A program made the translations under genes and the position numbers. 43,490 bases of DNA from Lama guanicoe (taxonomy: Eukaryota), in assembly GCA_013239625.1 (NCBI GenBank), contig MU053859.1:155563-199052 (forward strand), read 5' to 3'. Shown here piece by piece: positions 10,501 through 22,500 of the stretch (within the stretch, counting starts at the first letter, position 1; every line of letters begins with the position of its first letter). Below the pieces are notes generated by a model. The model was not told the DNA's origin, did not search any database, and was given only the letters and a program-made list of their open reading frames with translations.

Positions 10501-13500
10501 GGCTATTAGCCAATGAGGTTCAAACAACAAAAAGCAAGGAATCAGTACACTGGAGCTTATCAATTTGGAACAGATCACGTTACTGACACTTGTTGAGCTT
10601 GGATTTACGAGTTAGCTTGTTAGCCCAGTAAACTGACACTAAACTTTAGATTTACAAGTTAGCCCGGCAGAACTTATATCAGTAAACCGACACTTATCAC
10701 ACTTAGATTTGTGACTGAGCTCGTTAGCCCAATAGACTGACACTAAACTTCAGATTTATGAGTTATCTTGTTAGCCCAGCTGGGCTTTTCCTTCACATTC
10801 CCCCTTCTTGATGCTTTCACAACCCTTGTTGGAGTAAGCATCATAAATTACATGTTGCAGGGGCTCATAATTGGAGGCTAACATCTGAAGTTTTATCGCC
10901 TCTATCCGCTCACTGACAAAGCGGGTCAGGAAGTTTAGGACACAGGGCCCAAACAGAGCTGCACAAATTAGGAGCAAGGGACTTATTTATGAACGGTGCC
11001 AGCCAGGAGGTCCAGCCCCAGGGGCCTGTCCATGGGCTCTTATCTAAAATATGTTTTCTCTTTTCCACTCGGTCTTGTAACTCTTGAACCATTCCTCTGA
11101 CAATTCCTGATTGATTGGCATAAAAACAACACTCTTCGTTTAGGAAGAGGCATAATCCCCCCTCTTTGGCTGTGAGTAAGTCCAGACCCCTCTTGTTTTG
11201 TAAGACCACCTCGGCCGGAGAGTCAGTCTGATTTTGCTGAGTTCCCAGGGTTTCTGCTATTCGTTGGAGGTCATGGCTGAATTTACATTTAACAGCTGCA
11301 TTGAGCTTTCCTCAAGCTTTGGCCGTGCGTTGACTAGCCAGGTTCCGGGTGTGGCTAGAGCAGGGCTCGTCGATCTTTTTTTTTTTTTTTGGTCCCTCTT
11401 GATCTTGATCTTGAGCGGGTCTCCCGGGACACTCTTAATATTTTTTAGGGACCCTCTGTCTGAGGTGCAGTCGCTGTCTTGACCCTGGAGTGGTGGATCC
11501 AAGGGATGATTCCTGCAACTTTAACAGCTGTAGGAGTAGTTAATACCACTAAATATGGTCCCTTCCATGTTGGTTTGAGAGGTTTCTTTTTCCAATCCTT
11601 TACCCATACCTGGTCACCTGGTTTATGGGGATGTACTTGAACCCCTAATGAAATGGGGGTTTTCTCTATCACCCAACCCCAAACTTCTCGTAGTGCTTTT
11701 CCTAGTCCCAACAGTTGTTGGTGGAGCCCTAAATTTCCTATTTCTGGGGTGGGATTTCTCATCCTGACTAAAGGTGGCGGTCGCCCATAGAGGATTTCAA
11801 AGGGAGAGTACCCAATATTAAATCTTGGGGTGCATCTAATTTGCAACAGAGCCAGGGGTAGAATGTCCACCCAGGGGAGCTGGGTTTCTTGGCTGATTTT
11901 AGCTATAATTTGTTTTAGAGTTCTGTTCATTCGTTCTACCTTCCCTGAACTTTGAGGCCGGTATGCTGTGTGCAGGTTCCAGCGGATGCTCAGTGCCTTT
12001 GCCACTTGCTGTACAATTTCTGACACAAAGGCGGGTCCATTGTCAGACCCGATGGAGGTAGGCATTCCAAATCGAGGGATAACATCCCTGAGAAGAGCCT
12101 TTGTCACTTCCCTTGCTTTCTCTGTCCTGGTGGGGTAGGCCTCTACCCACCCTGTGAAGGTGCAGACGAAAACCAGCAGGTACTTATATCCCTTACTGGG
12201 CCCAAGTTCAGTAAAGTCCACTTTTAAATCTTTAAAGGGAGCCAATCCGCATCGTTGTATTCCCATTGGCCCAGTTAGCCCTTGTTTTGGATTGTTTTGT
12301 GCACAGAGCAAGCAGCGTTGGGAAACTGATGCACACAGAGTAGGGAGACGAGAAATTAGGAAATATCGCTTTAAGAGGGCCTCCAAAGCCGTTTTTCCCA
12401 TATGTGTGGCTTCCTGTTGTTGTTGGACTAGATGATAAGCTAGTCGTTCTGGGATGAAAACACTTCCATCCACCATCCGTCCTTTCCTTTCTCTCCTCGT
12501 TCAGCCTGTGCCCACTTGTTTTCGTCGTGACTATATTCTGGGGCAGTGGGTAGCTCTGGCGCTGCCATAACTTTAATTATTGAGTGTTTTCAGGCGGCTG
12601 CTTTTCTTGCCTTTTGATTAGCTAGCCTGTTTTCCTGGCTCACAGGATCATTTTCTCTTTGGTGTCCCTTACAGTGAATAATGGCCACTTTCTTTGGATC
12701 CCACACTGTCTCCAGTAACTGTAAAATTTTTCTTTGTTTTTGATTTCTTTTTCCCCAGCAGTCAAAAGTCCCCTCTCTTTATAGATGGCTACATGTCCAT
12801 GCAAGGTTGCAAATGCATATTTGGAATCAGTGTATATGTTGACTTGCTTTCCTTTTTCTTCCCTTAGTGCCTGGACCAGTGCCCAGATCTCTGCTCGCTG
12901 AGCAGACCATCCTGGGGGAAGGGACTCTGCCTTTGTTACCTCTCGGGTTGTTGTTACAGCGTAACCTGCTCGCCGTTGTCCATCTTGAATGTAACTGCTG
13001 CTGTCTGTGAAAAGTTCCAGGTCTGGGTTTTGCAGGGGCTTGTCGGTTAGATCAGGTCTGCTTGCATACACCTCTTCCATGATTTTTTTCGCAGTCGTGG
13101 TCAGGCTGCCCTTCCCCCTCAGGCAAATATTTGGCTGGGTTTAAGGTTCACACAGTCTCTAGATGGACTCGTGGATTTTTATATAGAAGCCTCTGGTAGT
13201 GGGTCATCCTTGTGTTAGTTATCCATTTGTAACCTGGGCCGTTCATCAGGGCCACGACAGAATGGGGCACCTTTACATTTAAAGTCTGTCCCAGTATGAG
13301 TTTGTCTGCCTCATTGACCAGGAGGGCTGTGGCAGCGAGGGCCCGTAAACAGGGTGGCCATCCTGATGCTACAGGGTCCAGTCTTTCAGATAAATAGGAC
13401 ATAGGGCACTGCCATGGCCCCACATTCTGAGTTAGGACTCCAAGAGCAGTTTGGTCTCTTTTATGTACAAACAGATTAAACTCTCATGTTACATCTGGTA

Positions 13501-16500
13501 AGCCTAGTGCTGGGGCTTGGGTTAGTAGTTCCTTTAATTGCCTAAAGGCATTTTCTTGTTTAGTTTCCCATTTGAGGGTCTCTTTTTCTGATCCAGCAGT
13601 TGCTTCGTAGAGGGGCTTGGCTATTCTTGAAAACCCGGGGATCCATATACAGCAAAACCCAGCTGCGCCCAGGAACTCTCGCAGTTTTCTTTTGTTTCCG
13701 GTCTGGGTATGGTGCAAATAACTTGTTTTCGTTCTGGTCCTGGGGCTCGGTGTCCCTCTGAGATAATAAATCCCAAGTATTTGACTGTCTTTTTGGCCTG
13801 GACCGGCTGAGCTGCTAATATCTTGCATTGCCCAGGTTCATTTGAGCAAAACCAAATCCATGGGGGTGGAGTCTGGGCGATATTTAGCCAGGAGTCAATG
13901 TAAGGGAGTTGATCTGGGTGGCCTGGGGTTCCAGTGATTATTTGATAGACTGTTCACACTGTTGCTAGGTCCAGAGTTCCTCCTGAGGGCCACCCGACTC
14001 CAAAGGCCGGCCATTCAAGCTCACACAAAGTGTAGAGCCTGCCAGGGGTCATTTAAATTTTACAGTTTCCTGAGAACCCCTTTTTGAAATTTTTAATCAT
14101 GCAGTCTAGAGTGGTGGGTTTTGACTTAGAGCCTCCCATTCTTTTTAGATGTTTAAGGATAATAGTTCTGTTGCTTTAGACGTTTGGGAAGGTAGCCTTT
14201 ATATCTTTTTTCTTCACTCTTCAAAACACCGAAGTTCCCAGAGAGACTGCTCTCTTGCTGGGTCTATGAGTTGTTTTAAGGCTAACTTGATCAGGGACTC
14301 TGGGTTCCAGTCACAGCTGATGTCTCTGGATCTCAAGGCCTCAAGCAGTTTCAGGGGCTTTCTTCATTAAATCCTCTCTATATCCTGAACTAACGTATCA
14401 GGGGTGTGGGACTGAAGGCAGATGGCAAAACAAATGGACTAGAAAAGGGACCTCCGGGGCCGGGCAAGCCCGGTCCTGAAGGAATTTGTCTTCTAAACTT
14501 GAGTCCTGGGGGTCTGAGGCTAGGCAAAAGGGGCACTACTTGGGTCAGTTCAGTAGGGGAACAATAAGTCTCGGGTGTTCTGTGACAGAGTCAGGTAGGA
14601 GACTTTCTCAAAGAAATAGCATCCTAGCCTCCGAGGGCACAGGGGCGTTGACTCGTTGGCTGTGTATGTCCTTTTCCCTCCCAGTGTAGCCACCCTGTGC
14701 CGGTGTCGCAGACAAGACAAGGGAGGGTTTTCGTTGCGTCCGCCTGGCCGCTCCCCTCGCGGGGACGAAGGTGCCTCTTAGCTTTGGCGGGTCAGTATAA
14801 GCCGCTGACTCCGATCGGGACCCTGAGGGACCGATACCGCCCTGAGCCGTATGAGGTCACCACGGAACCGCAGGTTGGGACTCACTCGAACTCCGTAGCA
14901 GAATGCCGTGGAGCTACGAACTCGAGCCTGATCGCATGCTTCACAGGCCGCTCATTCACACATACACACACATACACACACACACACAGAGGTTAACAAC
15001 AGTCCTCCCACCAATTCCAGTATTCTGTTTCCTGTAGGAGGGGATCAGCCTTCTCTTCTGTCCACTGGGACAGGACCTGATCCCTGACCTGATTCCTGAT
15101 TTCCCCGTCTGAAATACCATCATACGGAGAGCCTGTAGGAGGGGACCAGCCTCCTCTTCTGTCCAATGGGACAGGACCTGATTCTTCCCGGGGGATCTTA
15201 CCTTGTCCAGACGGCCACCTGGTGAGTCTGTCCGTCCCTCCACAGAGTCTGGCTCTGATTGTAGCCCAGCCACCCGGGGACCGAGTTGCCATCACGAAAG
15301 AGAACCCGGAATACCGTCGGGCGGCGCCACCTCGTTCGCTGCCGGAGTCCCGTCCCCCGGTCGGCCGGAGCCACCAGTCCAGCGGCTCAAGGGGCCGGCG
15401 TGGTTGTATCTCGCTGGGGCCTCCAGAAATGTTACGGAAATGACAGGCCAGCCAAGAAACAATCACCACTCGGAGGGTTGGAGTACTCAGATTTATTACG
15501 CCGGCGGGCTCAGAGGGGCTTCTGCTCCGAAGCTCTGAGCACCTCCAAGACGTGCACATGAGGTTTTATAGGGTTAATTACAAGTATGGGGCTATTAGCC
15601 AATAAGGTTCAAACAACAAAAAGCAAGGAATCAGTACACTGGAGCTTATCAATTTGGAACAGATCACGTTACTGACACTTGTTGAGCTTGGATTTACGAG
15701 TTAGCTTGTTAGCCCAGTAAACTGACACTAAACTTATGAGCTTGGATTTACGAGTTAGCTTGTTAGCCCAGTAAACTGAAACTAAACTTTAGATTTACAA
15801 GTTAGCCCGGCGGAACTTGTATCAGTAAACCGACACTTATCACACTTAGATTTGTGACTGAGCTCGTTAGCCCAATAGACTGACACTAAACTTCAGATTT
15901 ATGAGTTATCTTGTTAGCCCAGCTGGGCTTTTCCTTCACAATATCATTTTCCTGATTTCTTTTCATTTCTTGCCTGTAGTTTCCTTCAGCTCACTGAACA
16001 TATTTTAAACAGCAGATTTAACATATTTGACTAAAATTTCCAATGTCTAAGTTCCCTTAGGGATGATTTCTGTCAGGTATTTTTTTTTTTCCTATGAATG
16101 GTCTATACTTTTCTATTCCTTTATATGTTTTGTAATTTATTGTTGACAGTTGGAAATTATGGGTATTTTGTAATAACTGAATCTTATTCTCCTGTTCTTC
16201 AGGGATTCTTGAATTTTTGATCATTGAAGCTTGGAGTCATCTCTTTGTGATGTTTCGGAACTGCTTTTGCAGAAAACGTATTCCCTTTTGCATGTGGTCA
16301 CTAAAATTTCTGTTCTGTTATCTCTCTATGATCAAGTTATCTGCCAAATATTTTCTTAAATGTTTGGTCCTCAAAAGGGAAAAATCAAACGCTATTTCTT
16401 TATGCCCCTTGGAAACCACTTCAGTTGGTGGAGTTTTAAAAATGGCACCTTTGTGCCTGCCCCTTAGCAATGAAAAGCAGATCTCAGAACTGACAATACA

Positions 16501-19500
16501 TAACCCCAGTATCTGGAGGTCCTCATTGTCAACCCTGGCTCCAGCAAGCTGCACCAGGACCAAGGACAGCAGTCCCCTGGCTCCCTGCTATAATGGGGTG
16601 TGAAGAATGGGGTGTGAAGAATGGTGGCCACTACTGAGCAGAAAGGCTGAACTTCACTAGATAAACTGAAATTTACCAACCTCTTCAACAAGCGTTCATC
16701 TAGACTCCACAGTTTCAAATTAGTTATTTTGGAGAGTTTCTGTCAATTCAATAGTTATTTAGGTGGAGGCACAAATTCCAGGGGCTTCCCACTCTGCCGT
16801 CTTCTCCAACATCACTCCTCCTTGACTTATTTTGAAGCAGTGTTATTAACTTCACAGAAATTTAAAATTGTTTCCACCTCTAATTTTGAAACCCCTATTT
16901 GCACAACCCTTGCTCATAATGAGACGGGAAGTGGGCAAGGTACAGCCATTCAAGGAATGCTACAGCAATTAACATCAAAATGGTAAAAGATTCAACCCCT
17001 AGGAGGCCTTGAGGCTCCAGATGGTGTGAGATTTAACTTCTAGCAGATCTTGAGCTTCATTATACGCTCATTGTAATATATTAACACGGTGAATAACATG
17101 CCCACAGGCACCAGGGCAGGCCCAAAGCTAGCCACAAAAGGTCAGAGTGGGAAATAGCCAACTTCCTGGGAATCCCAGCCCCTTCCCCAGACTAGTCAGA
17201 ATGGCCCTTCCACTTATTAGCATATGAAGCCACTGAGCCCATAAAAACTGGCAACACTGCCCCCACCCCCCCATTTGGAGACAGTGCACACTCTGTCTAT
17301 GGGGTATGTACCTACTTTTAATCTGAGCACTCAACCCCCACACTTCATAGCCTTTCTCTTGCCTTTCAGTGTATCTCTCTGAATAAATTTACCTTTACTC
17401 AACTATGGCTCGCTCTTGAATTCTTTCTTGCACAAAGCCAAGGAACCATACTTGGTGGGGCACGTCCCAGGGGCTCAGCTGAAGCCTGGGACATGGCCCC
17501 ACCTCATGCCCCACATCCATTTTTCGTGCATCAATAAGTCAAAGAAGGCACTGGCTTGCTCTCTGACTATCTTCCTGCTGTGAACGTTAGGGGAATTATA
17601 GATGGCACACATCAGAATGAAGGACCTGCTGGATTCCTCTCTTCTTATGCTGAAAGTTAAGTATCTAGGTAAATATAAAAACACAAAGAATGTCATAGTG
17701 TCTTGATGGGGTCAAAAATTTTTATTCTAGCCAGAAGTATTTTCTTACCAGTTCCTGGAGAGTTTCAACCTGAACAAGGTCAGCACCTTGTGAGTTACAA
17801 AATCTCTGGCTGAATGTCCAGTTCTTGGTGTCATCAGAAAAGTAGAAACACTTTCTTTGGAAACCAATCCAGTATTCTGGGCATGCAGGTACGAGACATT
17901 CTGATGGGTTTTGGTGGAAGATAGCTCTAGTTACTGAAATGAAAAACAACTGAAGTTTATATATTCCTACATAGATTTCCAAACAGAGCAATCCCCAGAT
18001 GGGCTTTCTAGAGAACAGGCCCTTTCATGTTCCCCACCTCTTGCTTAAAGAAAAACTTCTATAACTTCTATTTCCTGAATCTTCCCTGAATTTCAAAAAG
18101 TCTTACTCACCAGTTAATTATCAGAGAAGTCAGAACACACAGAGACAAAGAATAGCAATGGGCAGGAGAACTGGCAACAATTTAAACAATGATCACTCAG
18201 ATAGCAGTCACTGTGTGTTTATTTTCCCCTGAAGCACACAGGTAGCAATCGATGATTCACATTCCTAAATTGTTTTTACAGAAACCAGACTCCCATAAGA
18301 TGAAACCAAGCACTTAAAACCCAGACCCCTGAGAACTAGAAGGTTAATGATTGAAATTCCTGAAACATCACCCTGTGACCTCACTTTCAGCCAATCAGAG
18401 AGCTGTGCACACGCTGATCACGCACTCCACAACCCTTTCCCTCACACTGTCTTTAAAAACCCTTCCCTGAAAGCTGCTGGGGAGTTTGAGTCTTTTGAGC
18501 ATTAGCTGCTCATTGCTCCCTGTTTGGTGTCCTGCAGTAAACACTGCACTTCCTTCACCACAACCAGGTGTCAGTAGCTTGGCTTTGCTGTTCTTCAAGT
18601 GAGCAGACCCAAGGTGAGTTTGGTAACACAGGTGCTTTCTAATGCATTTTCCACCAGTTTTGTGAAATACTAAAAGTGCTATCGCATCTGCTCTGATTCA
18701 TGCAGCATGTGTGTTGTGGAAGTAAAAACAAATCTCTGTCTCCAGCTGTGACAGAATAGAGACTGCTACACATACTGGACAACAAACCTATTGACCAAAG
18801 TCCAAGCAAATCTTTCTTCTTTGTATTTGTTTTGCAAAATTCAAGTTTTGTTAGAGAAAGTGGTGAGTAATCACTCTGCTCCACAGTTCTGTCCAGAGAA
18901 TCTTGAGCACTAAGAAATTTTGGTAGGTGACCATGAGGATGACCATGAAGGGTTAATTATTACTTCTGTCTTAAGTCCGTTGTCCAAGCTCAATCGTATA
19001 CAAGTTTTATCATTACAAAACAAACGAGTAAACTGAAGCACAGAGTAGTTATTAGAGCTGTCCAAGGTTACAGAGCCATCACAAGTAAAAGAGCTGAAAT
19101 TCAATTCTGAGACAGCTGAATCCAGAATCTGCACTCAGATCTGTGCTCTTAAACGTTACACTGTCACTTGTAATTTGACTGGCAACTTGGTGACCTGAGA
19201 GCAATTTAATAAAAGATGAACAAGTATGCATTTAGGTGTGGTGAGGATGACAAAGGACATAAAAATATAAGAGGACATGAGCATATACTTCAATAAGTTA
19301 TTACCTGTCTTTGAATTGAATCGTAGATTTTATTTTAAATTGCTCAGAGTTATAAGATTCTGTATTATTCTGATCACGCCAAAACTTATCAGGAAGTCTG
19401 ACCTGGGACCTCAATGTTTTTTGACCCTCTCTTCTTTGCAATGTCATTAGCCTATACCCTAACTAATATGTTTTTTAAAAAATACACACTGAATCCTTGC

Positions 19501-22500
19501 CCAAAAGTCAACCATAAACACAATTTTACAAATTGTACACATAGGCTGTTACTGGTCTATTTCAATATATCTTCTACTAGAATCCTAGGCCCAATGACAC
19601 TGAAGTGATTTTAACTGAAAACACAGTTTCTGAGAGAAAATATATATAGTAAAACCACATGATAAAAGGCCTGGTAACAATGTAAATTAAAGCATAATCT
19701 GGCTGTCAATTGGGTTCTGCTTTCTGTAGATTCTGGTCATTCCATTAAATTTGTGGCAATGTGACTTCTATCTTACCTGGTTAAAACTTAAAACCCTCTT
19801 ATAAGGTTATTGGGATTTAATTCACTTGGTGAAATTAAAAAAAAACTATTAGAAGCTATAAAAGACAAGAAAATTATCATGCCTTCTTTTAGTAAATGGA
19901 ATTCTCCAGGTGAACAAAGATTGCAATTCACTTACCGAAAAAAGTAACCAGTACACACACCATGAATGTCAGACATAGGATAAGAACCACATGTAGTTTC
20001 AGGTTAAGTTCACCAGAATGCCTTTTGGAAGGACAATAACCTGGAAAAATCGTCGAAAAATATTTTTTGCATTAAATACAGACATCAGACTACTAGATGC
20101 ATTCCTCATCAAAATGTTACTTCCGTTTAATTCCTCCTCTTTTCACCAGAGAGATCTATTGACCTGTCATTTTACGAATTTACAATGCAGTCTTTAAAGT
20201 TGTATTGTTCATAGAAGTTAAAATTAAACACATAAACTATGAATTAGCCTTGCTGTGTCTCGAACTAGCTTGGTACATTTGTCACGATTGATGAGAGAAT
20301 TATCAGTACATTATTATTAATTATAAGTTTATAGTTTGCATTAGAGTTCACTCTTTGAGTTGTACATTATGGGTTTTGACAAATGAATAAGGAAATGTAC
20401 CCACCGTTAGTGTCATACAGAATGGTTCCACCGCTCCCCAAATCCACTGTGCCCCACCCATTCATTCTTCTTCTTGCTCTCACCCAACCCCAAAACCCTG
20501 GCAACCACTAATCTTTTTACTATCTCCCTTGCCTCTTCCAGAATATCATAGAAGTAGACTTATAGCATGTGTGTTTAGATAGCCACCTTTCCCGTATCAG
20601 TAGCATTTAAGGTTCCTTCATCACTTTGTGTCTTGATAGCTCATTTCTGTTTATCACTTAATAATACTCCAGAGTATGGATGTAATAGTTGGTGAATTCA
20701 CCTATTGAAGGAATTCTTTTTTTTTTTCAATTTTTCTCTTCTTTTTTGGGGGGGTGGTAATTAGGTTTGTTTATTTACTTATTCCTTTTTAGAGGAGGTG
20801 CTCGGGATTGAACCCAGGACTTTGAGCATGCTAGGCATGCACTCTAACGTTTGAGCTATATCCTCCCCCGAAGGACTTCTTGATTGTTTCCAACTTTTGC
20901 AATTATGAATAAAGTGGCTATATACACTCATGTTCAGGTTTTTGTGCAGATGTAGGTTCTCAGTTCATTTGGGTAAATACCAGAGTGCAATTTCTTGGTC
21001 ATAGGGTAAGAGTATGTTTAGTTCTGCAAAACGCTGACAAACTGTCTTCCAAAGTGGCTGTGCTATTTTGCAGTGCAGCAGCAGTGAATGAGAGTGCCTG
21101 TTGCTCCACAGCATCACCAGGACTTGGCGTCTAGGATTTCAGCCATCCTAAAGGGCACATGGTGGTCACATTGGTGTTTTGATTTTCAGCCCCCTGATGT
21201 TGTTCTACCAAGCAGAATATGATTATTTGCACTCTGTGTATCTTTTTTTTAGTGAGGTGTCAGTTGAAAGCTTTTGCCCACTTTTTAACTGGGATTTTTG
21301 TTTTCTTACTGTTGAGTTTAAGAATTCTTTATATGTTTTGAGTATCAATCCTTTATCAGATATACGTTTTGCAAAGACTTTCTCCAGTCTTCTCATTCAC
21401 TTAGTGGTATTTTTTATAGAACAGAAGTTTTTTATTTTGATGAAGCCCAACTTTATTAATTTTTTTTCTTTCGTGGATCATGCTTTTAGCCTTGTATTTA
21501 AAAACTCCTTACTGAACCCAAGGTCACCTAAAATTTCTGTGTTATCTTCTAGAAGTTTTACAGCTTTCCAGTTCACATTTAGGTCTTTGACCCATTTTAA
21601 CTTTTGTGAAAGGTGTGACGTCTGGGTCTAGATCCTTTTTTCTTTTTCTTTTTTTTTTTTGCATATGGCTGTTCAGTTGTTTCACCACCATATGTTGTAA
21701 ATACTGTCATTTCTCCATTGCCTTTGCTCCTCTGTCAAAATCAGTTGATGAGAGATGAGTCTGTTTCTGGGGTCTCTTTTCTCTTCCATTGGCCTGTTTG
21801 TCTATGTTTTCACCAATACCACACAGTCTTAATTGCTGTAGCTTTATAGTAAGTCTTGAAGTTAGGTAGTGTCAGCCCTCCAACTTTGTTCTTCAAAACT
21901 GTATTGGCTATTCTGGACTTTTCATCTTTCTGTGTAAACTTTAGAATAAGTTTGTAGATACCAATAAAATACCTCGGTGGGACTTTGAATTGAATGACTA
22001 GATTAAGTTGGGGAGAACTGACATTGTGACATTACTAAGTCTTTCTTTCCAAGTACATGGAATATACCTCCATTTATATTTTTACTAATTTCTCTCATCA
22101 AAGTTTTATAGTATTCTTTATATAAATCTTATATATATATTTGGTTATATTTATTCAAATTTTTGTTTCATGCTAATATAACTGGCATTGTGTTTTTAGA
22201 TTTTTAAAATTTTCTATATGGACATCAGTTTTCTATTTTAATTCCATTATGGCCCGAGAGCATATATTGTCTGATTTTTCTTCTTTTAATTTTTAAGCTA
22301 TGTTTTAAGGCTCAGAATGTGATCTAACTTGGTGGATGCTTAATGGGACCTTGAGACAAATGTGTATTCTACTGTTGTTAGATAAAATAGTTTTATCTAA
22401 TTACTGCTATCTTTAATTTGTGAGATCTGATGCAAACTACAATTAGAGTCAGAACTGAATTGAATTACAGGATACCCAATTGGTGTCAGAACACAAAGCC

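Larger units (their letters stand above)
10341..15940 (-). mobile_element. Internally deleted class I (gammaretrovirus-like) endogenous provirus in CLEC2D intron 3, sense to the host gene
   Basis: Two direct-repeat LTRs, TSD atat (10337-10340 and 15941-15944), PBS and PPT. gag-MA, RT/RNaseH, IN and env-TM homology in the expected order on the minus strand. Confidence 0.98.

Noticed and set aside
10810..11290. env as a possible syncytin-like captured gene
   Set aside because: SU, signal peptide, furin site and fusion peptide are missing, and the frame shifts before the membrane anchor.
14697..15561. Cluster of overlapping ORFs of 100-190 aa
   Set aside because: GC-rich proviral leader and LTR with few stop codons; no protein motifs.
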